45,843 nt of DNA from contig CAZOMM010000002.1 of the NCBI GenBank assembly GCA_964581165.1, positions 1 through 45,843 of the forward strand, read 5' to 3'. This stretch comes from an uncultured Coriobacteriaceae bacterium (GTDB lineage Bacteria > Actinomycetota > Coriobacteriia > Coriobacteriales > CADBOM01). A program made the translations under genes and the position numbers. The notes below the pieces were generated by a model. It had not been told where the DNA came from and did no database searches. It saw only the letters and a list, made by a program, of their open reading frames with translations. Positions 35,486 to 44,064 of the stretch are shown piece after piece. The first letter of the stretch is position 1. Each line of letters opens with the position of its first letter.

Positions 35486-35551
35486 GAGCTGCAATTATCA
35501 ATCATGCATGCTAACGCACACTTACTCTCTTGCGGTGCTTGAGCTTGAACC

Positions 35552-37465
35552 TTAAGTCTTCTCTCGTACGGCTGAATCTACCACCCAAACTAGTACGATT
35601 CCAACAATCAAAGGCAGCGCTAAAGCAATTACCATTTCTAAATACAGTATGCTTTCGGTGCCGTCGATTATAAGCCCCAGCGTCCTCGAAGCCCCAATTA
35701 TAGCAATGCAAAGCGCAAGCCCTAGCATAGATAAGATTTTGCTTCTGCGGTTGGCTAACAACGACAAAACTAGCGATCCAAACACCCATCCAGCAGCTGT
35801 TAGCCAAGGATTTGCACTGAAATAGAACAGTATTAGGTTGTCATAATCGGCTGCTGCAGAAACCAATATTGCATTGTGGGTGAAGTAAAGTTCGCTGCCA
35901 CCTGTAATGGGAACTAGCACTAGCATTATGGCGGCGGAGTATAAGGAGCAGGCCAGTGCATTTACAGGACTGAGAAACAAACCGCAGGATATCGGCGAGA
36001 TCAGACCCATTCCAGCTAGGCTTGTCGAAGGAGCCAGCATTGCACAGTTGGTTTCTGTACTGCCACGTATTCCTGTAGTGATCCACCATATAGCCGTAAG
36101 CACCACCATAATGATTCCTTGAGGCAGCCAACCAGATGCAATCGCTCCAACTGCTAGGACTGCCATTGCCGCTAAGCTTCCAATTTTGGGAGCAACCGCA
36201 CCCAAGGCAGCAACAACGGCAATTAGAACCCACCACCATCCATTTAGCGAAAGCGAACTCACTGCAATCCAAGCTGTTCCTGCACAAGCTGCAGCTCCAA
36301 CAACGCGACTTGCAATAGCAGCTATTCTTTCTCCCACAATGTCTCGGAATGCTTGTCGATGCACCACAGGGCGCTCGTCATAGTCTTCACGAATTGCGGT
36401 TTGTCCCAGGGTTCCGTTACGTCTGCTCCGACTTTGACGTCTGCGACTGCTGCCGTAAGCCTCGTCTTCGTCTTCGTTGCCGTTGTCGTAGTTGTCAAAG
36501 TGAACAGTTTCGCCAAGGTAATCATCGTCTTCGTCTACATGGCTGTTTTGCATTTCTAAGATTGTGGCCAGTCGATCCTCGGGACTTCCGAGCACAACAT
36601 GCTTTGCCATCTTGCGAACCAGCCCTGCAAGTGAGGTTCTTCCTGTTTTTGGCACTCCTAAACATTCAAGCAGCTCTGATGCAAACTTTGAGACCGATGG
36701 ATATCTGGTGTCGGGATCGGGATCGAGTGCCCTAAATAACACATCGTCTATTTCTGGATTGAGATCTTCAACAATAGAGGAGGGCAAATAGATCTCAGAA
36801 CTTTCGATTAAATCGAGCGATTTTGCAAAAGTTTCGGTAACAAAGGGATTATCACCCACGAGCAGCTCATAGACCATTACTGCAAAGGCCCATTGATCGC
36901 TGCGTTCATCCACTAGGCCACCTCGCAGCTGCTCGGGTGACATATAGCCAATTGTCCCGGCAGTGGCCATTCCAAAGCCTGAACCCTTAGCTAGTCGTGC
37001 TATTCCAAAGTCGGTTACCTTGGATAGCCCAGAGGAGTCTATGAGTATGTTGTCGGGTTTTACATCTAGATGCAAAACTCCGTGCTTATGGGCATGCTGG
37101 AGCCCTTTTCCTACGTTTTGGACGATGGAGGCAATTTCGTCTATGCTCAGCATGCGTGGGATGTGATCCATTAAATCGCCCAAAGACATCCCGTCTACAA
37201 ACTCCATGATCACTAGGCCCTCGCCGCGATCTATCTCAAAGTCGTATACGTTTACTATCCGGGAGTCGTTGAGATGTGCGCTGGTTCGAGCTTCTTCGAG
37301 ACCAGGGATAGCAGCTCCAATGACATTGCGTGGAAGGCGAATTCGCTTGATGGCCACGTTACGGAGCATTTTAGTGTCCCAGGCAAGGTTAACTATGCCT
37401 CCACCACCGCCACCTAGGGTGTCTTGGATTATAAATCTGTCTAACAAGATCTCGGAATCCACCAA
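35552..37465 (-). CDS. Ser/Thr protein kinase with a polytopic membrane C-terminal domain
   Basis: N-terminal Hanks kinase (GGGGGGIVNLAWD, AIKRI, HLDVKPDN, DFGIA, GTIGYMSPE), an acidic/basic linker, then about 270 aa with about 8 hydrophobic segments. Confidence 0.85.
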   Translation of the reverse strand: MVDSEILLDRFIIQDTLGGGGGGIVNLAWDTKMLRNVAIKRIRLPRNVIGAAIPGLEEARTSAHLNDSRIVNVYDFEIDRGEGLVIMEFVDGMSLGDLMDHIPRMLSIDEIASIVQNVGKGLQHAHKHGVLHLDVKPDNILIDSSGLSKVTDFGIARLAKGSGFGMATAGTIGYMSPEQLRGGLVDERSDQWAFAVMVYELLVGDNPFVTETFAKSLDLIESSEIYLPSSIVEDLNPEIDDVLFRALDPDPDTRYPSVSKFASELLECLGVPKTGRTSLAGLVRKMAKHVVLGSPEDRLATILEMQNSHVDEDDDYLGETVHFDNYDNGNEDEDEAYGSSRRRQSRSRRNGTLGQTAIREDYDERPVVHRQAFRDIVGERIAAIASRVVGAAACAGTAWIAVSSLSLNGWWWVLIAVVAALGAVAPKIGSLAAMAVLAVGAIASGWLPQGIIMVVLTAIWWITTGIRGSTETNCAMLAPSTSLAGMGLISPISCGLFLSPVNALACSLYSAAIMLVLVPITGGSELYFTHNAILVSAAADYDNLILFYFSANPWLTAAGWVFGSLVLSLLANRRSKILSMLGLALCIAIIGASRTLGLIIDGTESILYLEMVIALALPLIVGIVLVWVVDSAVREKT

Positions 37466-37673
37466 TTAGCTCCTGATGCATCGAAATTATTTGTTTTTTG
37501 TCTTGCCCTGTTTTACTTGCCCTGTTTTAGTGTTGCCTTGTTTTTCTGTCTTTGTTGATCTTTTCTTTTATGTTGATCTTTTTATATGCAACAGTGATTG
37601 GCATGATTGTACATGTTTAAGACGGTTTTGATTTGACAGAGATGCCTTTGGTGTTAAGATAATCGCCTGCGAT

Positions 37674-37760
37674 GCGGGTGTGGCGGAATTGGCAGACGCG
37701 TACGGTTCAGGTCCGTATGGGGATTTCCCCATGAAGGTTCAAGTCCTTTCACCCGCACCA
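37674..37760 (+). tRNA. tRNA-Leu (anticodon CAG)
   Basis: Acceptor stem GCGGGTG/CACCCGC, anticodon stem TACGG/CCGTA with loop TTCAGGT, long variable arm, GGTTCAAGTCC T-arm, and encoded CCA. Confidence 0.9.
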
Positions 37761-37800
37761 AGTTTAATAGTTAGGTCTCGAGCTGATCTTTTGCCCGAGG

Positions 37801-37950
37801 CCTTTTGTTTTAAGAGGCTCGATTTAAGGGCTTGTTTAAATGAGTCGTTTTAAGTGGCTTGTTTTAAGTGGCTCGAGTTTGTATGGCGCGATTGAGTTTT
37901 GGATTTAAGTGCTTCGATTTATGTGGCTCAATTGAGTTTTGAGAGGTAAA
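37801..37950 (+). repeat. degenerate tandem duplications (GTTTTAAGTGGCT / GATTTAAGTGCTT family) upstream of serS
   Basis: cgttttaagtggcttgttttaagtggctcgag, and attgagttttggatttaagtgcttcgatttatgtggctcaattgagttttgag. Confidence 0.55.
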
Positions 37951-37972
37951 TAGCTAGACAGGAGGAGGAAAA

Positions 37973-39259
37973 ATGCTCGATCCCAAGTTTGTTAGAGACA
38001 ATCTAGATCAAGTAACAAAGGCGATGGAACGTCGTTGTTTTGTAGGATGGGATCCTGAGTCGTTTTCTTGTCTAGATACAAGGCGCAGAGAGCTGATCAC
38101 CAAGGTCGAGAGATTGCAGGCACAGCGAAACTCCTCTTCCAAAGAAATCGGCAAACTCATGGGAGAGGGTAAAAAGGAGGAGGCCGAGGCCAAAAAGGCG
38201 CAGGTTAAGGAAATTAACTCTCAGATTGAGGAGTTTAATTCCGAGCTTTCGGAGGTAGAAGACTCACTTCGCCAACTTTTAATGTCGGTTCCTAATATCG
38301 CCTCAGATGCTGTTCCAGATGGACTTGACGACAGCGAAAATGTGGAAGTTAGGCGCTGGGGGACTCCCCCTAGCTTTGAGTTTGAACCCAAGGCACATTG
38401 GGATTTGGGTGTGGATCTTGGGATCATCGATTTTGATCGTGCCGTTAAGCTGTCTGGGTCGCGCTTTGTTCTTCTGGGCGGCCTGGGGGCAATGCTTGAG
38501 CGTGCCCTTATAAATTTTATGATCGACACTCATCTAAGCAGGGGTTACAAGGAGTGGTGGACACCCGTAATTGCCAACGCCGAAACACTAACTGGCACAG
38601 GTCAGCTTCCAAAGTTTGAGGAGGATTTGTTTAAGACCACAGGCGGCATGTATCTAATTCCTACAGCAGAGGTAATGCTTACCAATATTCATGCTGCTGA
38701 GATTTTAGACGAGGATGAATTGCCACTTAGATACTGTGCCTTTACACCATGTTTTAGGGAAGAGGCCGGATCTGCTGGTCGTGACACCCGGGGACTTATT
38801 CGAGTTCACCAGTTTGACAAAGTTGAGATGGTTAAGTTTGCAACTCCAGATAATTCTTTTGAAGAGCTGGAGTTAATGGTGGCCGACGCAGAAAACATTC
38901 TGCAAACTCTGGGTCTTCCTTACAGGCTTGTTAATCTGTGTGCAGGCGATCTAGGTTTTTCTGCAGCTCAAACCTACGACTTGGAAGTTTGGCTGCCTTC
39001 TTATAACGACTACAAAGAGATTTCGTCTTGCTCTTGCTGTAGCGATTTTCAGGCTAGGAGGGCCAATATCAGGTTCCGCAGTGCACAAAATCGCAAGCAG
39101 ACTGCATTTGTGCACACACTTAATGGAAGCGGTCTTGCTATTGGACGCACGATGGCTGCAATTATTGAGAACTATCAGCTCGAAGATGGGAGCATCAAGA
39201 TACCTGATGCTCTAGTTTCGTACATGGGTGGTCGCGAAATCATTGCCCCGGCTAGTTAG
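37973..39259 (+). CDS. serS: seryl-tRNA synthetase
   Basis: N-terminal coiled-coil arm, class II motifs (FREE.., GLIRVHQF, TLNGSGLAIGR), 428 aa. Confidence 0.95.
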   Translation: MLDPKFVRDNLDQVTKAMERRCFVGWDPESFSCLDTRRRELITKVERLQAQRNSSSKEIGKLMGEGKKEEAEAKKAQVKEINSQIEEFNSELSEVEDSLRQLLMSVPNIASDAVPDGLDDSENVEVRRWGTPPSFEFEPKAHWDLGVDLGIIDFDRAVKLSGSRFVLLGGLGAMLERALINFMIDTHLSRGYKEWWTPVIANAETLTGTGQLPKFEEDLFKTTGGMYLIPTAEVMLTNIHAAEILDEDELPLRYCAFTPCFREEAGSAGRDTRGLIRVHQFDKVEMVKFATPDNSFEELELMVADAENILQTLGLPYRLVNLCAGDLGFSAAQTYDLEVWLPSYNDYKEISSCSCCSDFQARRANIRFRSAQNRKQTAFVHTLNGSGLAIGRTMAAIIENYQLEDGSIKIPDALVSYMGGREIIAPAS

Positions 39260-39475
39260 GTTTGTTTAGGCGCTGCGGCTATCTTTAGGCGCTGCGGCTA
39301 CCTGAGTCTGTTTAGGGGCGGCAGCTATTTAGGTTTGTTTAGGTGCCCGGATGCCTAAGTCTGCTTAGGTACTCCGGGTACCTGAGTTTTATTTCCACCT
39401 GAGCTTGTTTAGGTGTTGCGGCTATCTAAGACTGTTCAGGGACTATGGCTATCTAAGTCTGTTTAGGTGTTTGAA
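39257..39475. repeat. degenerate tandem duplications (GTTTAGGYG / GGCTATCTAAG family) between serS and the convergent membrane-protein gene
   Basis: tttaggcgctgcggctatc / tttaggcgctgcggctacc, and gctatctaagactg / gctatctaagtctg. The last unit supplies the C-terminus and stop of the minus-strand gene. Confidence 0.6.
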
Positions 39476-40243
39476 GAGTTTGTCGCGATTAAAGACCACA
39501 ATTGCGACAACTACTAGTATCACGGCAACAATAATTGCAAGTTTTATCCAGCTGTCCTCGGCAATCATGTGTCCTGCCATAGAAGACAGGATCACACCTG
39601 GGGCGCGTGCTACGGTGCTTAAAACAAAGAACTTGATAGGCCGTATTGCTGTAAGTGCTACAACGTAAGTGATTATGTCTTTAGGAAGTCCGGGTATTAA
39701 AAATAGGATAAAAACAACAAGGCTGAGTTTTGGAGAGTCTGTAACAAAGCCCAATTTTTGCTGCCATTTAGACGAGACCATTTTGGAGACTAGTGGTGCA
39801 CCAAGCTTTCTAACCATGTAATAAACAACAAGGGTTGAGCAAAAAGCACCGGCTAAAACAATTACTGAGCCCAAGAATGGACCGTATAGTATTCCGGCTG
39901 AAACTTGAACAACTTCTCCTGGAATAAAGGCCACTACTACCTGGAGCACTTGCATAGCAAAGAGGATAAGAACTCCGATTGGCCCAGACTCTCTAATAGC
40001 TTCAACTAGGCCATCTATGCCTCCATCGCCTGTTAGCTTCATAATTTTTGGCCAGAGAAGTACAGTAAGAACAATAAAAGCGGCTATGATTGCAACTAGA
40101 GCAGCAAATTTAAGGATATCTGTGCGCGTAAGACCTTTTTTCTTGGCACCTTGTTTGGCTTTTTCCTTAATGGTACTTTTGTCACTTTTGTGCTGATTGG
40201 ATATTTCTAGCTGTTCACTACCATCTAGTTGCTCGTTGCTCAA
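39449..40243 (-). CDS. TVP38/TMEM64 (DedA-superfamily) membrane protein
   Basis: Five to six TM segments. The segment FIPGEVVQVSAGILYGPFLGSVIVLAGAFCSTLVVYYMVRKLG resembles the family core. Confidence 0.7.
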   Translation of the reverse strand: MSNEQLDGSEQLEISNQHKSDKSTIKEKAKQGAKKKGLTRTDILKFAALVAIIAAFIVLTVLLWPKIMKLTGDGGIDGLVEAIRESGPIGVLILFAMQVLQVVVAFIPGEVVQVSAGILYGPFLGSVIVLAGAFCSTLVVYYMVRKLGAPLVSKMVSSKWQQKLGFVTDSPKLSLVVFILFLIPGLPKDIITYVVALTAIRPIKFFVLSTVARAPGVILSSMAGHMIAEDSWIKLAIIVAVILVVVAIVVFNRDKLFKHLNRLR

Positions 40244-40329
40244 TCTAGCCTCCTTGTCTCTTGTCAGCTCTAGTAAAACTTCTGAGCTTAGTAAAACTCA
40301 ACCTTAAAAGTCATTTCAAATAGCCATAG

Positions 40330-40465
40330 CAAGGACGTAGCGAGGACGCACGCTGTAAAGACGTATGCCCCAACCACTAAAAAAAGACGCATGCAATAAA
40401 AAGGCGCGTCCCAGCCGCTCAAAAAAGACGCGCGTAATAAAGACGCGCGCCCAATCACTTAAACC
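40330..40465. repeat. degenerate tandem duplications (AAAGACGCRYG... family)
   Basis: aaagacgtatgccccaaccactaaaaaa / agacgcatgcaataaaa / aggcgcgtcccagccgctcaaaaa / agacgcgcgtaataa / agacgcgcgcccaatcactt. Confidence 0.5.
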
Positions 40466-40668
40466 TTGTTTTCACTGGTTTTGTGATTCTATGACTCGAC
40501 ATATCCGTGATTCGGCACTCGAGTATATCCGTAGTTTGTTAAGTCTTTGTGTGCATTGAAATGTTAATCGCCGAATCCATGGATAATGCACGATGTATAC
40601 ATGTGGGCAAGATCTCTTCGTTTTGCTATCCTAAGCAACGCGCCTCGACCGGATGGGGTTGCTACCAC

Positions 40669-40760
40669 GGAGAGCTGACCGAGAGGCCGAAGGTGCTCGC
40701 CTGCTAAGCGAGTAAGGGCCACAAAGCCCTTCTGGGGTTCGAATCCCCAGCTCTCCGCCA
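40669..40760 (+). tRNA. tRNA-Ser (anticodon GCU)
   Basis: Acceptor stem GGAGAGC/GCTCTCC, anticodon stem CTCGC/GCGAG with loop CTGCTAA, long variable arm, GGTTCGAATCC T-arm, and encoded CCA. Confidence 0.9.
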
Positions 40761-40899
40761 TCTAAATTGACGAGCCTCTGCAAGTTGTAGGGGCTTTTTG
40801 TTTTTTGGGACTTCGGGTACTTTGGGTACACTGCCCACCGGTTGGCAGAACGTTATTTGACATGTGGCCTACGAATTGTAGAATCACTATCTGCGAGTT

Positions 40900-40976
40900 G
40901 CGCCGTTACCTCAGCTGGATAGAGGAGCTGACTACGAATCAGAACGTCAGGGGTTCGAATCCCTTACGGCGCGCCA
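40900..40976 (+). tRNA. tRNA-Arg (anticodon ACG)
   Basis: Acceptor stem GCGCCGT/ACGGCGC, D-arm CCTCAGCTGGATAGAGG, anticodon loop CTACGAA, GGTTCGAATCC T-arm, and encoded CCA. Confidence 0.9.
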
Positions 40977-40988
40977 GAGCAAACAATG

Positions 40989-41017
40989 CGCGAATCCAAA
41001 TTGGGTTCGCGTTTTTT
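40989..41017 (+). terminator. rho-independent terminator after tRNA-Arg
   Basis: CGCGAATCC-aaatt-GGGTTCGCG (9-bp stem with one G-U pair) followed by TTTTTT. Confidence 0.7.
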
Positions 41018-41025
41018 GTTTTCGG

Positions 41026-41100
41026 CCGGAGTGGTTGCGGCTGGGGTAATCGGGGCTGGAGTACTTGCGGCTGAGGTGATTGCGGGCGGGGTGAGTAGAA
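41026..41100 (+). repeat. about five degenerate 15-mers (GGAGTRSTTGCGGCT family)
   Basis: ggagtggttgcggct ggggtaatcggggct ggagtacttgcggct gaggtgattgcgggc ggggtgagtag. Confidence 0.5.
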
Positions 41101-41162
41101 TGCCGCCGCTGGAGAGTTCCGCAGCAAGTCGTAGCGAGTCGGAGCCAAGCTGGAGATAGTGC

Positions 41163-42677
41163 CTAGCGAGTATGTGCAGGCTTTTTTCCTATGTACCAAA
41201 TAAAGTGATACTTAAGACGATCGGCCAAAGCTTTTTCATCTAAGGGAGTAAATGCCAAGCGCAAGGTAGATTGAGCGATGTCTTTGGCAGCATTTGGTTT
41301 TCGAATCATATCTCCAGCAAAAACCAAAGATCTAAGCCCATTGTTTGATCGCGATGCATAGTTGAGGGTCTCATAAAGCTCGCGTGCTGTCTGAACATGC
41401 ATTGCAGCTCCCAAGGATGTGAGCATGCGAACATTAATCTTTTCTTGTCCGTAGGCCTTGCCAACCAAAATCATTGGGATCCTAGCGCACAAGCACTCTG
41501 TAACAATTAAGCCTCCTGCTTTACAGATTGCCATATCGCAGGCACTCATAAGCTCAGCCATATCTGTTACATAATTCAAAACTCGCACATTCTTAAGACC
41601 CTCAAGCTCTACTGCCTCGATTAGTTTGCTTGCATAGTCTGCGTCGGAACCTGCCACAATAACAAACTCCATTTTTTCGAGGCCATGCAGCATCGAAAGA
41701 AGCTGAAACAAGGTCTCCCTAAACCTTAAATATGGGCGAGGAAGTCTTGCTCCAGCTAAAACTAGGGCCACCTTTTTATCTTTGGGCAAGTTCCACTTGT
41801 CTCTTGCAACTTCCCTGTCGTATTCAAGACTGAACTTGGGACTCACTGGAATTCCCGTTATCTGTATGCGGTTTTCTGGAACCCTACGAGCACGAAGTGT
41901 TTCGGCCATGTATTCAGAGGCAGCGCAAAATAGGTCGGTGTAAAGATGTGGCCACTGGCCTTCGACTTCGTAATCGGTGGGAACGCAAATAATAGGGAAG
42001 TGCTGTTTTGTTACCATGCGAGCACCAACGGCTATATTCGCTGCCGTGATGTGAGTGCAAACTATAGCCGCCGGTTTGTTGATCTCAACCCATTTGGCAA
42101 ACTTGGGAAACATCACATGCAACCAAGCACTGCCACCGTTCCATAAAAGTCTGCCGGTAAAAAAGTATCGCCAGCTTACGTCGTAGATGGGGCGAGTTGG
42201 GCCAACAAAACCAGAGGCCGTTTTGTCGCCATCTATGTAGACTCTGGCAAAACGCAGACTGTCTAACACTTCTACGTAGACATCGTCTGGAAGCTCGGGG
42301 ACTATCTTATTGCTGCTTTGGAGTTCGATACGTAAAGCCTGGGCAATTGCATCGGCTGCAGCTTTGTGACCCGATCCAACTGATGCATGCATCACCAATA
42401 TTGTGGGTTTAGGGTCGGGCTTGGCAAGATCTCCGCCAATGTTTGGTCGGGCATTGCCTAGAGGAGCCTGTGGGGGAGCCTGCGGAGGGGCCTCCTGCAA
42501 GGGAGCCTGCGGAGGAGCCTCCTGCAAGGGAACCTGTGGGGGAGCCTGCAGAGGGGCCTCCTGCAAGGGAACCTGTGGGGGAGCCTGCAGAGGGGCCTCC
42601 TGCAAGGGAACCTGTGGAGGATCCTGTAAAGGAGGAACCGGTAGAGGAGCTTCTGTTTTTGAATTAGTGTTTTGCAT
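41163..42677 (-). CDS. GT28-family glycolipid glycosyltransferase (MGDG synthase / UgtP-like) with an N-terminal Pro-rich tandem repeat
   Basis: ILVMHASVGSGHKAAADAIAQAL is an MGDG-synthase-type N-domain motif, followed by a C-terminal GT-B domain (ICKAGGLIVTE). The first ~75 aa are PPQVPLQEAPLQA repeats. Confidence 0.8.
   Translation of the reverse strand: MQNTNSKTEAPLPVPPLQDPPQVPLQEAPLQAPPQVPLQEAPLQAPPQVPLQEAPPQAPLQEAPPQAPPQAPLGNARPNIGGDLAKPDPKPTILVMHASVGSGHKAAADAIAQALRIELQSSNKIVPELPDDVYVEVLDSLRFARVYIDGDKTASGFVGPTRPIYDVSWRYFFTGRLLWNGGSAWLHVMFPKFAKWVEINKPAAIVCTHITAANIAVGARMVTKQHFPIICVPTDYEVEGQWPHLYTDLFCAASEYMAETLRARRVPENRIQITGIPVSPKFSLEYDREVARDKWNLPKDKKVALVLAGARLPRPYLRFRETLFQLLSMLHGLEKMEFVIVAGSDADYASKLIEAVELEGLKNVRVLNYVTDMAELMSACDMAICKAGGLIVTECLCARIPMILVGKAYGQEKINVRMLTSLGAAMHVQTARELYETLNYASRSNNGLRSLVFAGDMIRKPNAAKDIAQSTLRLAFTPLDEKALADRLKYHFIWYIGKKPAHTR
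42462..42625 (-). repeat. in-frame coding tandem repeat, including two perfect 39-nt units
   Basis: 42518-42556 and 42557-42595 are identical (cctcctgcaagggaacctgtgggggagcctgcagagggg). Partial or variant units flank them. Confidence 0.85.
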
Positions 42678-42695
42678 GCGGCTATCATAGCATCC

Positions 42696-42830
42696 TTTTG
42701 TGGCGTGCTCGAGTCTAGCGTGTGCCCGAGTTTTTGTGGCGTGCCCGAGTCTAGCGTGTGCCCGAGTTTTTGTGGTGTGTCCGAGTCCAGGGCGTGCCCG
42801 AGTTCAGCGTGTGCCCGAGTCTAGCGCGGC
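42696..42830. repeat. about 3.5 degenerate 36-nt units (TTTTTGTGGCGTGCCCGAGTCTAGCGTGTGCCCGAG) in the divergent GT-ychF spacer
   Basis: Read directly. Each unit is itself a pair of about 18-nt GTGCCCGAGT-containing subunits. Confidence 0.75.
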
Positions 42831-42923
42831 ATCTGCGCACCCATCCAGTGGTCGCGCCAATTCTGGTTTAACATGTCTTGAAACAACTGAGGATTCTCTA
42901 TTAGGAGGGGAAGGAGCGGGCAG

Positions 42924-43988
42924 GTGTCGTTGTCCCTTGGTGTCATAGGTCTTCCAAATGTAGGAAAATCTACGTTGTTTACTGCTTTAACACGCAAAGG
43001 TGGCCTTGCAGCAAACTATCCATTTGCAACAATCGATCCAAATGTGGGTATTGTAGAGGTGTCAGACGAGCGTCTACAAAAACTTGCCGATATCGTGCAT
43101 CCTGGCAGGATAGTGCCGGCCACAGTGGAGTTTGTTGATATTGCTGGCTTAGTAAAGGGGGCCAGCGAGGGCGAGGGTCTGGGCAATCAGTTTTTGGCCA
43201 ACATTCGCGAGACAGATGCTGTGTGTGAGGTGGTTCGCTACTTTTCTGATCCAGATGTTGTACATGTGTCTGGGAAGATTGATCCTCAAGACGATGTAGA
43301 TGTTATCAAGACCGAGTTGGTGCTGGCCGATCTTGCTACGGTGGAGAAGGCTTTGGTAAGGCTGGAGAAGGAAGCCAAGCGTGACAAGATGGCTGCTCCT
43401 AAACTTGAGCTTGTGAGGCGCGTAAGCGAGCACTTAAACGAGGGCAATCGTGCGTCGACCATGGAAATGAGCGACGAGGAGCGGGCGTTGTTGTACGACC
43501 TGCATCTGCTCACAATGAAGCCCTTTATGTATCTGGCCAATATCGATGAGGATCAGATTGGCTTTGAGTTCGAGCCAATAGATGGAGTTGTTCCCATCCC
43601 CATCTGTGCAAAGACCGAGGCCGAGCTTGCCGAGCTGGAGCCAGATGAGGCTGCTGAGTATCTGGAAAGCTTGGGACTTAATGAGTCGGGTCTTGTTCGT
43701 TTGGTGCGTGAGGCTTACAAACTGCTTGGCTTACATTCGTTTTTTACAGCCGGTGAGATGGAGGTCAAGGCTTGGACCATACCTCAGGGGGCTAAGGCTC
43801 CGCAGGCCGCTGGTGTTATTCATTCTGATTTCGAACGCGGATTCATTAAGGCCGAGACCGCTAGTTATGAGGACTTTGTGGAATTTGGGGGCGAGACCGG
43901 ATGCCGCGCTGCTGGCAAGCTTCGCATGGAGGGCAAAGACTATGTTGTTAAAGACGGCGACGTGATGCATTTTAGGTTTAATGTGTAG
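42924..43988 (+). CDS. ychF: ribosome-binding ATPase YchF
   Basis: GLPNVGKSTLF P-loop, YchF-type coiled-coil insertion, and C-terminal TGS-like domain (DGDVMHFRFNV). GTG start. Confidence 0.93.
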   Translation: MSLSLGVIGLPNVGKSTLFTALTRKGGLAANYPFATIDPNVGIVEVSDERLQKLADIVHPGRIVPATVEFVDIAGLVKGASEGEGLGNQFLANIRETDAVCEVVRYFSDPDVVHVSGKIDPQDDVDVIKTELVLADLATVEKALVRLEKEAKRDKMAAPKLELVRRVSEHLNEGNRASTMEMSDEERALLYDLHLLTMKPFMYLANIDEDQIGFEFEPIDGVVPIPICAKTEAELAELEPDEAAEYLESLGLNESGLVRLVREAYKLLGLHSFFTAGEMEVKAWTIPQGAKAPQAAGVIHSDFERGFIKAETASYEDFVEFGGETGCRAAGKLRMEGKDYVVKDGDVMHFRFNV

Positions 43989-44064
43989 GGGCAAGAGGAA
44001 GGCAAATACAAGAAGAAGGCAAATGTTTCTGTATAGATTCTGTATAGAGGCAGGAGGAAGGTAA

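Noticed and set aside
37761-37972. T-box riboswitch upstream of serS
   Set aside because: I could not find the conserved T-box sequence (AAnnnGGGTGGTACCGCG-like) or a specifier/antiterminator arrangement. The leader is instead made of the local stutter repeats.
40365-40559. 64-aa basic ORF between the membrane-protein gene and tRNA-Ser
   Set aside because: It is composed largely of the AAAGACGCG stutter units. It has no SD sequence and no motif, and is likely non-coding.
42403-42690. Several 74-95 aa ORFs on both strands across the Pro-rich repeat (for example 42403-42690 and 42443-42667 on plus, 42458-42688 on minus)
   Set aside because: They are artefacts of a GC-rich, stop-poor tandem repeat. 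The minus-strand frame that continues into the glycosyltransferase catalytic domain is the only one with a functional continuation.
10176-42830. Intergenic repeat arrays considered as CRISPR arrays, REP/MITE families or diversity-generating retroelement TR/VR pairs
   Set aside because: Units are contiguous without unique spacers of constant length, and the unit sequence differs at every locus. No cas or RT gene is adjacent, and the echo mismatches are not adenine-specific.
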